A program made the position numbers and the translations under genes. From Rhodospirillales bacterium (GTDB taxonomy: Bacteria; Pseudomonadota; Alphaproteobacteria; JAJFIK01): a DNA stretch of 64,000 nucleotides. Of the stretch, positions 31,345 to 40,444 are shown in pieces. How positions within the stretch are numbered: the stretch's first letter is position 1; every line of letters starts with the position of its first letter. The notes under the pieces were generated by a model. That model worked only from the letters and a program-made list of their open reading frames with translations. It searched no databases and was not told the DNA's origin. The stretch is from the NCBI GenBank assembly GCA_021775005.1, contig JAJFIK010000009.1, positions 6,616 through 70,615 of the forward strand, given 5' to 3'.

Positions 31345-32406
31345 TCAGCCTTGCCAGCTGGTAACAAGATCCACCAGATCAGCCACATGCTCTGGCGGCG
31401 TTTCCGGCACAATGCCGTGGCCCAGGTTAAAGATGTGCCCGCCCCCCTTGAAGCTCTCAAGAATGGCTCTGGCTTCGCGCTCAAGTGCCTCCCCGCCCGC
31501 CACAAGGGCGAAAGGATCAAGATTGCCCTGCACCGGGCACAAGGGCTGCACATGTTCTACGGCCCAGTCCCTTGGAACGCCGGTATCAAGGCCCACAGCA
31601 GCGACCCCCGTGCCCTGGATATAGCCAGGGATTGCGGGACCCGCTCCTCTGGGGAAACCAATGATGGGGACGCCGGGATGACTTTTACCCAGTGCCGCCA
31701 CAATTTGTTTTGTCGGCGCGATGACCCAGCGCTCAAACTCAGCTGTGGGCATGTTCGCGGCCCAGCTATCAAACAGCTGCAAAACCTCCGCCCCGGCGTC
31801 TACTTGCTCACGCAGATAAATCACCGTGGCATCGACTACCAGATTGATGAGACTCTGAAACCCGGCAGGATCTCTTGCCGCCCAAATGCGTGCTGCACGC
31901 TGGTCTGGAGAGCCTCGCCCCCCCACCATGTAGGTCGCTACCGTCCATGGGCTTCCTGCAAACCCAATGAGCGCCACATGGTCTGGCAGCTCGCTTTTAA
32001 GCCTGTCCAGGGTTTCAAACACCGGCGCAAGGTGGCCGGAAATATTATCCAGTGATAGTGCTGCCAATTCAGCCTCGCTTGAAATGCATTCCAGCACCGG
32101 CCCTTCACCCTCTTGAAATGAGACCTTCTGCCCCAGCGCATCAGGGATCAAAAGAATATCTGCAAAAAGGATCGCCGCATCGAGATTAAATCGCCGCAAG
32201 GGCTGCAAGGTTACCTCTGCTGCCAGCTTAGGATTATAGCAAAGCTCTAGGAAGCTCCCGGCCCCTTTGCGCACTTCACGATACTCAGGCAGATAGCGCC
32301 CCGCTTGGCGCATGAGCCAAATGGGTGGCCGCTCAACCACACTCTTCTCAAGGACTTTGAGAAGCCGCTTGTTTGAACGTTCCAGGGTTTGTTGGGAGGC
32401 GGACAA
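31345..32406 (-). CDS. hemE: Uroporphyrinogen decarboxylase
   Basis: PIWLMRQAGRYLPEY URO-D signature 1. Confidence 0.95.
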   Translation of the reverse strand: MSASQQTLERSNKRLLKVLEKSVVERPPIWLMRQAGRYLPEYREVRKGAGSFLELCYNPKLAAEVTLQPLRRFNLDAAILFADILLIPDALGQKVSFQEGEGPVLECISSEAELAALSLDNISGHLAPVFETLDRLKSELPDHVALIGFAGSPWTVATYMVGGRGSPDQRAARIWAARDPAGFQSLINLVVDATVIYLREQVDAGAEVLQLFDSWAANMPTAEFERWVIAPTKQIVAALGKSHPGVPIIGFPRGAGPAIPGYIQGTGVAAVGLDTGVPRDWAVEHVQPLCPVQGNLDPFALVAGGEALEREARAILESFKGGGHIFNLGHGIVPETPPEHVADLVDLVTSWQG

Positions 32407-32788
32407 TCTATTCCCTCTCTATCTTAAAGAATCTTAGTAGTTGTAGTAGGGAGGGCTGAGATTGGGGATCAAATGTTTTCCCGCTGTTTTCCCGTGACAT
32501 CTTAGCTTTCATACGACAGGTGCGGGAGTTCCCCAAGCCTGGGGAGAAAAAAAGCAGCCCCCGAGCAATCAAGGGGTTAGCAGATGGGATGCCGCGAAAA
32601 CCTCCCAAATAGTTTTCAAACCACAACGCTTCCCTCGTTATGATTGCTGACGAGCAACTTGCGCTCCCTCTTAGGGTATAACGTGTCTATGGGAGTGCTT
32701 TGTTATGATTGCAGGCCGCGGTGCAAACCGATCATCCAATGTGTGAGCGCTATGGACTTTTGGTCCGTGCTTATCCACAAATTTGCCC
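32407..32788. other. oriC: Candidate chromosomal replication origin (oriC) in hemE / DUF299 intergenic region
   Basis: Synteny identical to Caulobacter Cori (hemE | CC0001-DUF299-maf-aroE-coaE-dnaQ, with parAB-gidAB-trmE-rho on the other side). Perfect DnaA box TTATCCACA at 32771..32779. AT-rich stretch 32415..32450 with TTAA-N7-TTAG. Tandem tgttttcccg x2. Duplicated gttatgattgc motif. Confidence 0.6.
32771..32779 (+). promoter_or_regulatory. DnaA box (TTATCCACA), perfect consensus
   Basis: Exact 9-mer immediately upstream of the DUF299 gene start. Confidence 0.6.
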
Positions 32789-33628
32789 ATGACCACTGAT
32801 CAGCCCGGAACGGGAAAACCATTTCACCTTCACCTCGTTTCTGACGCGACGGGGGAAACCCTTGCCGCGGTGGCGCGCGCTGCCGCGGTTCAGTTTGAAG
32901 ACCACCAGGCGGTTGAACATCTCTATGCTCTAGTGCGCACCGTGCGGCAGCTTGATCGGGCGCTGACCGAGATTGAAGCCCACCCCGGGATCGTCATGTT
33001 TACCATGGTGAGCGAAGACTTGCGCGATAAGCTCGAAGCGCGCTGCGCGGAAATTGCCATGCCCTGCGTCGCGGTTCTTGACCCTGTGTTGCGCGCCTTC
33101 GAGCAATTCCTTGGCGCTGTGCAAACCCACCGGCCCGCCGGCCAGCACCAAATGGATGATGCCTATTTCGAGCGCATCGAAGCCCTCAACTACACCATGG
33201 CCCACGATGATGGGCAGAACATAGAAACCCTGGGGACTGCGGATGTGGTCCTTGTGGGCGTCAGCCGGACCTCAAAAACACCGACGTGTATCTATCTCGC
33301 CAACCGCGGGGTGAAGGCTGGCAATGTGCCGTTGGTGCCGGGAATGCCGCTGCCGGAGCTTTTAAAGAACAGCAGCGCCCCCTTTGTGGTAGGGCTGACC
33401 GTGGCACCAGAGCGTCTGGTGCGGGTGCGCCGGAACCGTTTGTTGTCTCTCAATGAAAACGTTGAGACCGATTACACCGACCCCGACATGGTCAAGCGTG
33501 AAGTCGTGGACGCGCGGCGCATGTTCACCCAATCCGGCTGGCCGGTGATTGATGTCTCGCGCCGCTCAATCGAGGAAACCGCCGCCGCTGTGCTCAATCT
33601 GCTCACTGACCGGCGGCCCGCCTCATGA
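32789..33628 (+). CDS. PEP synthetase/pyruvate phosphate dikinase regulatory protein family (DUF299, bifunctional kinase/pyrophosphorylase)
   Basis: FHLHLVSDATGETL... N-terminus and P-loop GVSRTSKTPT. Ortholog position of Caulobacter CC0001. Confidence 0.85.
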   Translation: MTTDQPGTGKPFHLHLVSDATGETLAAVARAAAVQFEDHQAVEHLYALVRTVRQLDRALTEIEAHPGIVMFTMVSEDLRDKLEARCAEIAMPCVAVLDPVLRAFEQFLGAVQTHRPAGQHQMDDAYFERIEALNYTMAHDDGQNIETLGTADVVLVGVSRTSKTPTCIYLANRGVKAGNVPLVPGMPLPELLKNSSAPFVVGLTVAPERLVRVRRNRLLSLNENVETDYTDPDMVKREVVDARRMFTQSGWPVIDVSRRSIEETAAAVLNLLTDRRPAS

Positions 33629-34227
33629 CCGTGCCGCCGCTCATTCTCGCTTCCGCAAGTCCAGCGCGCGCTGCCATGTTGCGCGGTGCCGGATTGACCT
33701 TTGAAATTGACCCCGCTGACGTGGATGAGCGCGCCTTGCGGGACCATCTGGTGGCGGATGGGGCCAGCATTTCTGATATTGCCGGGGCGCTGGCAGAATT
33801 TAAGGCCGCCACAGTGGCGCGCCGCCATCCTGATGCGTTGGTGATCGGCGCAGACCAACTTTTGGTTCTGGGCCACGAGATCTTTGAAAAATCAAGCTCC
33901 ACACGCAGCGCGCGCGAAACCTTGCAGCGCCTGCGCGGCAAAACCCATGAGCTCGTCTCTGCCGTTGCCCTGGTGCAGGGCGACAATTTGCTCTGGGCCC
34001 ATACAGATGAAGCCCGCCTTACAATGCGGGCGTTTTCTGACGCCTATCTTGAGGATTATCTCGAACGCGATGATTCAGGACTGACGGAAAGCGTCGGCGC
34101 CTATCGCCTGGAAGGGCCCGGCGCGCAACTTTTTGAGCGCATTGAGGGCGACTATTTCACCGTGCTTGGGTTGCCGCTGTTGCCGCTTTTGGATGTCTTG
34201 CGCCAGGCCGGAGTGCTGCAACCATGA
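33625..34227 (+). CDS. maf: Maf-like nucleoside triphosphate pyrophosphatase
   Basis: LILASASPARAAML N-terminal Maf motif, 200 aa. Confidence 0.9.
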   Translation: MTVPPLILASASPARAAMLRGAGLTFEIDPADVDERALRDHLVADGASISDIAGALAEFKAATVARRHPDALVIGADQLLVLGHEIFEKSSSTRSARETLQRLRGKTHELVSAVALVQGDNLLWAHTDEARLTMRAFSDAYLEDYLERDDSGLTESVGAYRLEGPGAQLFERIEGDYFTVLGLPLLPLLDVLRQAGVLQP

Positions 34228-35069
34228 CCGCGCGCGGCACAAAAGCAGGGGTTATTGGCTGGCCGGTGGCGCATTCGCTCTCCCCGGCGCTGCATCAATA
34301 TTGGCTCCAGCGATACGGGGTTGAGGGCAGCTATGGCCATTATCCCGTTGCGCCCAATGACCTTAAACATTTCATCATGGCGCTTGCTGACAATGGTTTT
34401 GTCGGCATCAACGCCACCTTGCCTCATAAGGAACATGTGGCCCAGCTTATGGATCGTCTGGGTCCCGCCGCTCAAGCGGTGGGGGCAGCAAACACCGTGG
34501 TTGTCGAAGCCGATGGCACTTTAACGGGCCACAGCACCGATGGCTTTGGCTTTGTTGCCAATTTGCGCAGCGCGGTACCAAAGCTGAAGCTGGACAGTGC
34601 CCAAGCGGTGATATTGGGGGCCGGCGGGGCGGCGATGTCGATCCTGGCCGCGCTCAAATGGGCGGGCGTCACAGTTACGCTTTGCAATAGAACGCGCGCC
34701 CGCGCGGAGGCTTTGGCCGCCCTGGTGGGCGGCATCCATGTCCTGCCCTGGGGCGAGCGTTCCGTAGCGCTTGACGCGTGCGATCTATTGATCAACACCA
34801 CCAGTCTTGGGATGCGCGGCCAACCGGCACTTGAAATTGATCTGAACGCCATGCCGCGCGGCAGCGCGGTGGCCGATTGCGTTTATGCGCCACTCCAAAC
34901 GGCTTTGCTCAAAGCGGCGGCGGCGCAGGGGCTGGTGCCCGTTGATGGCCTTGGCATGTTGATCCATCAAGCGCGCCCGGCCTTTAAGGCCTGGTTCGGC
35001 ATCGACCCTGAGGTAACCGATGAATTGCGCGGCCATCTGGTCAAAGCACAAAGGACTCTCGTCACATGA
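34224..35069 (+). CDS. aroE: Shikimate dehydrogenase
   Basis: [16 protein letters not shown] substrate-binding motif. GAGGAA NADP site. Confidence 0.9.
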   Translation: MTARGTKAGVIGWPVAHSLSPALHQYWLQRYGVEGSYGHYPVAPNDLKHFIMALADNGFVGINATLPHKEHVAQLMDRLGPAAQAVGAANTVVVEADGTLTGHSTDGFGFVANLRSAVPKLKLDSAQAVILGAGGAAMSILAALKWAGVTVTLCNRTRARAEALAALVGGIHVLPWGERSVALDACDLLINTTSLGMRGQPALEIDLNAMPRGSAVADCVYAPLQTALLKAAAAQGLVPVDGLGMLIHQARPAFKAWFGIDPEVTDELRGHLVKAQRTLVT

Positions 35070-35665
35070 TTCTTGTTGGTCTCACCGGCTCCATCGGCAT
35101 GGGCAAATCGGCCACGGCAAAATTGTTCGCCGCAGAAGGTGTGCCGGTTTATGACGCCGATCTGGCGGTTCATGATCTCTACGCCAAAGGCGGCGCGGCA
35201 GTGGCCCCGATTGCGGTCTCGTTTCCCGGCGCTGTGAAAGACGGCGCGGTGGACCGTGATCGGCTCTCCGCCATGGTGCTGGGCCAGCAAGACGCGCTCA
35301 AAACCCTTGAGGCCATTGTTCACCCGCTGGTACGCCAGGTGCAGGTGGACTGGCTAACCAAACACGCCAAGGCCGGCGAAGGGATTGTGGTGCTCGACGT
35401 GCCGCTGTTGTTTGAAACCTCGTCTGAGAAAAACTTTCAGGAAATTGTTGTTGTCAGTGCGCCGGAAGAGGTGCAGCGCGCGCGGGTGCTGGGGCGGCCC
35501 GGCATGACGGCAGAAAAGCTCGACGACATTTTGATGCGTCAGATTCCCGATGCGCAAAAACGCGAGCGGGCGGATTTCATTATCGAAACTTCAAAAGGCA
35601 TTGATGACGCCCGTGGGCAGGTGCAGGCGGTGCTGCAGGCGATAAAGAAAAAACATATGCTTTAA
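35066..35665 (+). CDS. coaE: Dephospho-CoA kinase
   Basis: [12 protein letters not shown]-loop, 199 aa. Confidence 0.9.
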   Translation: MILVGLTGSIGMGKSATAKLFAAEGVPVYDADLAVHDLYAKGGAAVAPIAVSFPGAVKDGAVDRDRLSAMVLGQQDALKTLEAIVHPLVRQVQVDWLTKHAKAGEGIVVLDVPLLFETSSEKNFQEIVVVSAPEEVQRARVLGRPGMTAEKLDDILMRQIPDAQKRERADFIIETSKGIDDARGQVQAVLQAIKKKHML

Positions 35666-35716
35666 AATCAGTCGGCTTGGCTGCGGTGTTGTGAAAGCCC
35701 TCCGCCCTCTCAATAA

Positions 35717-35813
35717 CGTCATCCCGGGGCGGCAACGCCAAATCCGGGATCTTGCGATACATATCGCCGTTCGAGATTCCGGGCTCCTCGGATTACGCGG
35801 CCCCGGCATGACG
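35717..35813. mobile_element. MITE-like element copy B (TIR cgtcatcccgg ... ccggcatgacg)
   Basis: Same bipartite hairpin architecture (atcccgg..ccgggat ; gagattccgggc..gccccgg) as copies A and C. Sits in the coaE-dnaQ intergenic region. Confidence 0.6.
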
Positions 35814-35896
35814 ATGTGTGTGGTTTGTTGAGAATGGTACTGGACGGCCCCCCAAAGCGTTCGCCATGATGGCAGCGGGTCATTGAGGGGCAGGTT

Positions 35897-36586
35897 ATGC
35901 GTGAGATCGTGTTCGACACGGAAACCACCGGGTTTGATCCCGACAGCGGCGACCGCATCGTGGAAATTGGTGCGTTGGAGCTGGTCAATCATGTGGTCAC
36001 CGGCAAATCCTTCCATGAGTATCTCAATCCAGAGCGGGACATGCCCCAAAGTGCCTTTGAAGTGCACGGGCTCTCAGCGGAGTTCCTTGCGGACAAGTCG
36101 CTTTTCGCCGATGTGGCGGATGAGTTTTTGAAATTTATCGGCGATGCCCCGCTTATCGCCCATAACGCCAGCTTTGATATGAAGTTCATCAATGCGGAGC
36201 TGCGCAAAGCCAATCGTGAAGTTCTGCCGCTGGCGCGCGCCATCGACAGCTTGCTTATCGCGCGCAAGAAATACCCCGGCGCGCCAGCAAGTCTCGATGC
36301 CCTTTGTCGCCGCTTCAATGTGGATTCGAGCGGGCGCACGCTTCACGGAGCGTTGCTAGATAGCCAATTGTTGGCGGAAGTTTATCTGGAGCTTATTGGC
36401 GGGCGGGAACCAGGGCTGACATTGATTGAGGATGATGACGCCGCGTCTGCACACGCAGGCCCGGCACGGCGGGGCCCGCGGCCGCAACCCCTGGCCGCTC
36501 GTCTTAGCGATGATGAGCGCACGGCCCACGAGGCCTTTGTGGACCTCATGGGCGCAAACGCCTTGTGGGCAAAATCGCCAGCTTAG
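35897..36586 (+). CDS. dnaQ: DNA polymerase III epsilon subunit (3'-5' exonuclease)
   Basis: Exo I motif VFDTETTG, Exo II and Exo III present. Confidence 0.9.
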   Translation: MREIVFDTETTGFDPDSGDRIVEIGALELVNHVVTGKSFHEYLNPERDMPQSAFEVHGLSAEFLADKSLFADVADEFLKFIGDAPLIAHNASFDMKFINAELRKANREVLPLARAIDSLLIARKKYPGAPASLDALCRRFNVDSSGRTLHGALLDSQLLAEVYLELIGGREPGLTLIEDDDAASAHAGPARRGPRPQPLAARLSDDERTAHEAFVDLMGANALWAKSPA

Positions 36587-37119
36587 GCGTCGTCGCCTGA
36601 TGCCTCAGTGTCCGCGGCGGCGGCTTGGTCTTCTTTCGCTTTGGCCAATTGCTGACGATAGATTTGCGCAAAATCCATGTAGTCGAGGGCCAACGGCGGG
36701 AAACCGCCATCGCGGGTGAGGTCAGACACGATGCGCCGCGCGAAGGGGAACAAAAAGCGCGGCGCTTCGATCAGAACCAGCGGCTGAAGGCTTTCTTCCG
36801 GCACGCCCGCAATATGAAACGCCCCCGCATAAAGCAGGTCGACCAGAAAGACGACTTTGTCGCCTCGGGTGGCGCGGGCGGTAAGCTTCAGGCAAACCTC
36901 GTATTGGTCTTTGCCAAGTTGCTTGGGCAACACATCCACAAGAATGTCGATGGCGGGTTGCGGCAATCCGTTGCCAAGCGCCTGGGGCGCGTTGGGGTTC
37001 TCAAAGCTGAGATCCTTGACGTATTGGGTGAGCACGCGAAAGGCGCTGCCTTTTTCGCTCGATGGTGCCGGGCCGGCTGTTGGAGCGGCTGCACCGCCGC
37101 CTTGGGTATTGTCACTCAT
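36583..37119 (-). CDS. secB: Protein-export chaperone SecB
   Basis: Start at MSDNTQ. FRVLTQYVKDLSFENP SecB core. Confidence 0.85.
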   Translation of the reverse strand: MSDNTQGGGAAAPTAGPAPSSEKGSAFRVLTQYVKDLSFENPNAPQALGNGLPQPAIDILVDVLPKQLGKDQYEVCLKLTARATRGDKVVFLVDLLYAGAFHIAGVPEESLQPLVLIEAPRFLFPFARRIVSDLTRDGGFPPLALDYMDFAQIYRQQLAKAKEDQAAAADTEASGDDA

Positions 37120-37213
37120 AAACTTGCTTCCCCTGATGGGAGGGCCCTTGCGCCCCCCGTGATCTCGGCGGCGCATCTAGCATGTCCAATCCAAGGGCAC
37201 AAGAATGAGGCCG

Positions 37214-37720
37214 CTAGTGGGGCGGGGTGTCGTCGATTTCTGTGGCCTCGCCTTCAATAACCGGGCCACTGCCGCCGCTGGTCCCAGAAGTGGTGGCATG
37301 GACATGGATATTTTTGCGCAGGGCCTCAAAGACCAATTTGGCGATGGCTTGGCGCACCGGCGGCACAAAGAGCAAAAATCCGATGGCATCGGTGACAAAC
37401 CCTGGCGTCAGCAGCAATGCCCCGGCGACGATAAGGAAAGCCCCATTGGCGACCTCATTAATGGGCAGCTCGCCGCGATTGAGCGCGTCTTGCGCGCGGG
37501 CCCAGGTGGCTAGGCCTTGAGCGCGCCAAAGGGCAGCCCCCAAAAGCGCTGTGAGGATCACAATCAAGAGAGTGGGCATCACGCCGATAATGCCGCCCAC
37601 TTGCAGGAACACCGCAATTTCAATGAGGGGCGTGATGAGAAAAGCGATGAAAAGTGTCAAACCCACGATTGTTTCCTTTGGTTTTGAGCATATCTCTTGC
37701 TCATAGCTCACTTGGGCCAT
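37214..37720 (-). CDS. fxsA: FxsA family membrane protein
   Basis: PLIEIAVFLQVGG...LLLTPGFVTDAIGFLLFVPPVR FxsA signature. Confidence 0.7.
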   Translation of the reverse strand: MAQVSYEQEICSKPKETIVGLTLFIAFLITPLIEIAVFLQVGGIIGVMPTLLIVILTALLGAALWRAQGLATWARAQDALNRGELPINEVANGAFLIVAGALLLTPGFVTDAIGFLLFVPPVRQAIAKLVFEALRKNIHVHATTSGTSGGSGPVIEGEATEIDDTPPH

Positions 37721-37892
37721 ATGTCCCTAACACGAGGGCGGTGGACCGCACCGCAGCACACCGTTAAGCTGGATCCCGTGGGGCCCTTGCTGCGAGGTGG
37801 CGCTTGGGTTGTATATGGGGCTTGGTCAGGAAATGTCAGCTATTTGAGTGTAAGGACGCTTAAAGGCTGGGTAAAAAAGGCAAATCGATACA

Positions 37893-38549
37893 GTGCTAGA
37901 TTTCGATATCATCATTCTGCTGGCGATCGTCGGCTTTATCGGCTGGAAGCTGTTTGGCGCGCTGGGCACGCGCACGGGCCATGAAAACCCCAATCCGGAC
38001 CCCATGGCCCGCCGTCGTCATGGTGCCCCTGCATCAGATCAAAGCGCTGACAATGTGGTCAATATGCCCAATGCCAATCGCGACGCAGCGCCCGGCTCGG
38101 CCTCAGGCCAGGGCATCCTTGATATTCAATTGGCCGATCGCAGCTTTGATCCGGGCGGCTTCCTGGAAGGCGCGCGCCATGCTTATGAGATGATTGTCAC
38201 GGCGTTCGCGGAGGGCAACCGCCGCTCCTTACGCCCGCTTTTGTCTGATGAAGCCTATGAGGATTTCGATGCCGCCTTGCGCGCCCGCGAAGCCGAAGGC
38301 AAGCGTATTGAAACCACGTTTATCGGTATTGATGACGCAAAGATTTCCAGCGCCGCGCTTAATGGCACTTGGGCCGAGGTGGTGGTGAAGTTTATCTCTG
38401 AAATTATCTCCGTGACTAAAAACGAAGACGGCGCAGTGATCGAAGGTGACCCCACTACGGTGCGCAAAATCACCGACGTGTGGACGTTTTCTCGCGACAC
38501 CCGCTCACCGGACCCCAACTGGGTGCTGATCGCCACTGACGAGGCGTAA
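37893..38549 (+). CDS. Tim44-like domain membrane protein
   Basis: N-terminal TM helix. C-terminal domain similar to Tim44/MBA1. Conserved neighbour of mltA in alphaproteobacteria. Confidence 0.7.
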   Translation: MLDFDIIILLAIVGFIGWKLFGALGTRTGHENPNPDPMARRRHGAPASDQSADNVVNMPNANRDAAPGSASGQGILDIQLADRSFDPGGFLEGARHAYEMIVTAFAEGNRRSLRPLLSDEAYEDFDAALRAREAEGKRIETTFIGIDDAKISSAALNGTWAEVVVKFISEIISVTKNEDGAVIEGDPTTVRKITDVWTFSRDTRSPDPNWVLIATDEA

Positions 38550-38555
38550 GACCCC

Positions 38556-39881
38556 ATGCGCGGTGTTGCCTATGCCTTGCTGATCCTTGGGGCGAGCGGG
38601 CTGTTACTTTTCTCCTATATTGCGCGACCGCCAGCTCCTGAATTGCCAGACCATATGATTGTGGAAGTGGCCAGCTTCGATGATCTGCCAGGATGGGGGG
38701 CCCAGCGCCCGCAATCCATTCTCAGCGCGTTAGACCGTGGCTGCTTGAGGTTTTTTGGGCTACGCGGCAACGACTGGGAAGATCCAGATGATTCACAAGC
38801 GTTTAGGCAATTCTTTGAGTTACCCTTTCAAGAAGTAAGCATCGGTGGGGACTCAGGCCTCTATGGGTTTCTAAACGAGTGGGGGCAAGCCTGTTTGGAG
38901 CTAGAGGGTGCAGAATTTGGACTGTCCCACACGCGGTTGACCCCAGACACTATGATAACAGGTGATCAGGCGGCAGCGCTGTTGCTGGAGGGCGCTGAGC
39001 AAAAATTTACACCCATCCGCATACGGAACAATTCAGAAACAACTGGCATGTTCACTGGTTATTATGAGCCGGAGCTGCAAGGCAGCCGCACAGAGACGGC
39101 AGAGTTCTCAACGCCGCTGCTCACCCGCCCCGATGATCTTGTGATCGTGCAGCTGGGGGATTTTCCTGGCGATCATGATGGCCGCATTGCTGGCCGTGTT
39201 GTTGATGGCAACCTGCATCCGTTTGAAAGCCGCACGGAGATCGAAGCAGGCGCGCTTGCCAATGCGCAGCCCCTTGCCTGGGTTAGGCCGGTGGATGCGT
39301 TCTTTTTGCAAATACAAGGCTCTGGCCGTGTGGTGTTTGAAGATGGCGCGGTTTTGCGCGCAGGCTATGACGGCGTCAACGGGCATCCCTACACCGCCAT
39401 TGGGCGCACGCTTATTCGGCAAGGCGCGCTGACGCTGGAAAATGTTTCCATGCAGTCCATCCGCGATTGGCTTGAGCAAAATCCCGATGGTGCGGGGGAG
39501 GTGATGCGCACTAACGCCTCTTATGTTTTCTTTCGCGAGGTCGAAGTGGATGACCCAGAGCTTGGCCCCATTGGCGCGGCGGGGGTGCCGCTTACGCCGG
39601 GCTATAGTCTTGCCGTGGACGCGCGCTATCACGCCTATGGCGCGCCCATTTACATCGCCACCACATTGCCTGACGGCACACCGTTCAATCGTTTGATGGT
39701 GGCGCAAGATACCGGCGGCGCGATCCGCGGGCCCATCCGCGGTGACATCTTTTTTGGCTACGGCGATGAAGCCGGCGCAGTTGCCGGGCGCATGCGCAAC
39801 CAAGGGGAAATGTGGGTGCTGGTGCCCAACGCCATTGCTGATCGCCTGCTCGCAGAGCAAGCTGCGCAAGAGAGCGAGTAA
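38556..39881 (+). CDS. mltA: Membrane-bound lytic murein transglycosylase A
   Basis: 441 aa, MltA domain plus 3D domain (...AQDTGGAIRGP...DIFFG). Confidence 0.85.
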   Translation: MRGVAYALLILGASGLLLFSYIARPPAPELPDHMIVEVASFDDLPGWGAQRPQSILSALDRGCLRFFGLRGNDWEDPDDSQAFRQFFELPFQEVSIGGDSGLYGFLNEWGQACLELEGAEFGLSHTRLTPDTMITGDQAAALLLEGAEQKFTPIRIRNNSETTGMFTGYYEPELQGSRTETAEFSTPLLTRPDDLVIVQLGDFPGDHDGRIAGRVVDGNLHPFESRTEIEAGALANAQPLAWVRPVDAFFLQIQGSGRVVFEDGAVLRAGYDGVNGHPYTAIGRTLIRQGALTLENVSMQSIRDWLEQNPDGAGEVMRTNASYVFFREVEVDDPELGPIGAAGVPLTPGYSLAVDARYHAYGAPIYIATTLPDGTPFNRLMVAQDTGGAIRGPIRGDIFFGYGDEAGAVAGRMRNQGEMWVLVPNAIADRLLAEQAAQESE

Positions 39882-40444
39882 TGCGCCGCAAGGGTCGCCC
39901 ATTGCACGGCGAAGAACGCAGCCTCTGGAACCACGTGGCGCGGACCGTCAATCCGCGACATCCTAATGTGCGCCCTGCCCAAGATGATGCCTTGCCGCTA
40001 GCTCACAACAAAGCACAGCCGCACAAGCCAGTGCTCACTTCAAAACCGGCACTGCTGAAATCAACCCCCGCCCGCCCTGCCCCGCAATTACATATTGATG
40101 GTGCCACCGCGCGCCGCCTCAAACGCGGGCAAGCGCAGATCGATGCAAAGCTTGATCTGCATGGCATGCGCCAAACAGAAGCTCATGATGCGCTGGTGAG
40201 TTTTATCCTGGGGGCGCAAGCCCGCGGCGCACGCTGCGTGCTTGTCATCACTGGCAAAGGCACAAAGGGCGCCGGGCATTCCAACCCTTACGAGACGCCG
40301 GGCCCGGGTATTTTGAAATCCCGGCTCGGGCAATGGCTCGCGCAAGCTCCCCTGAGCGCCATCACATATGGATTGCGCAAAGCCCACCCGCGCCACGGCG
40401 GCTCCGGCGCGCATTACGTCTTTATACGGAAGATCAAAGGTTAG
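39881..40444 (+). CDS. Smr domain protein
   Basis: LDLHGMRQTEAHDAL...VLVITGKG Smr/MutS2 C-terminal nuclease-like domain. Confidence 0.7.
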   Translation: MRRKGRPLHGEERSLWNHVARTVNPRHPNVRPAQDDALPLAHNKAQPHKPVLTSKPALLKSTPARPAPQLHIDGATARRLKRGQAQIDAKLDLHGMRQTEAHDALVSFILGAQARGARCVLVITGKGTKGAGHSNPYETPGPGILKSRLGQWLAQAPLSAITYGLRKAHPRHGGSGAHYVFIRKIKG

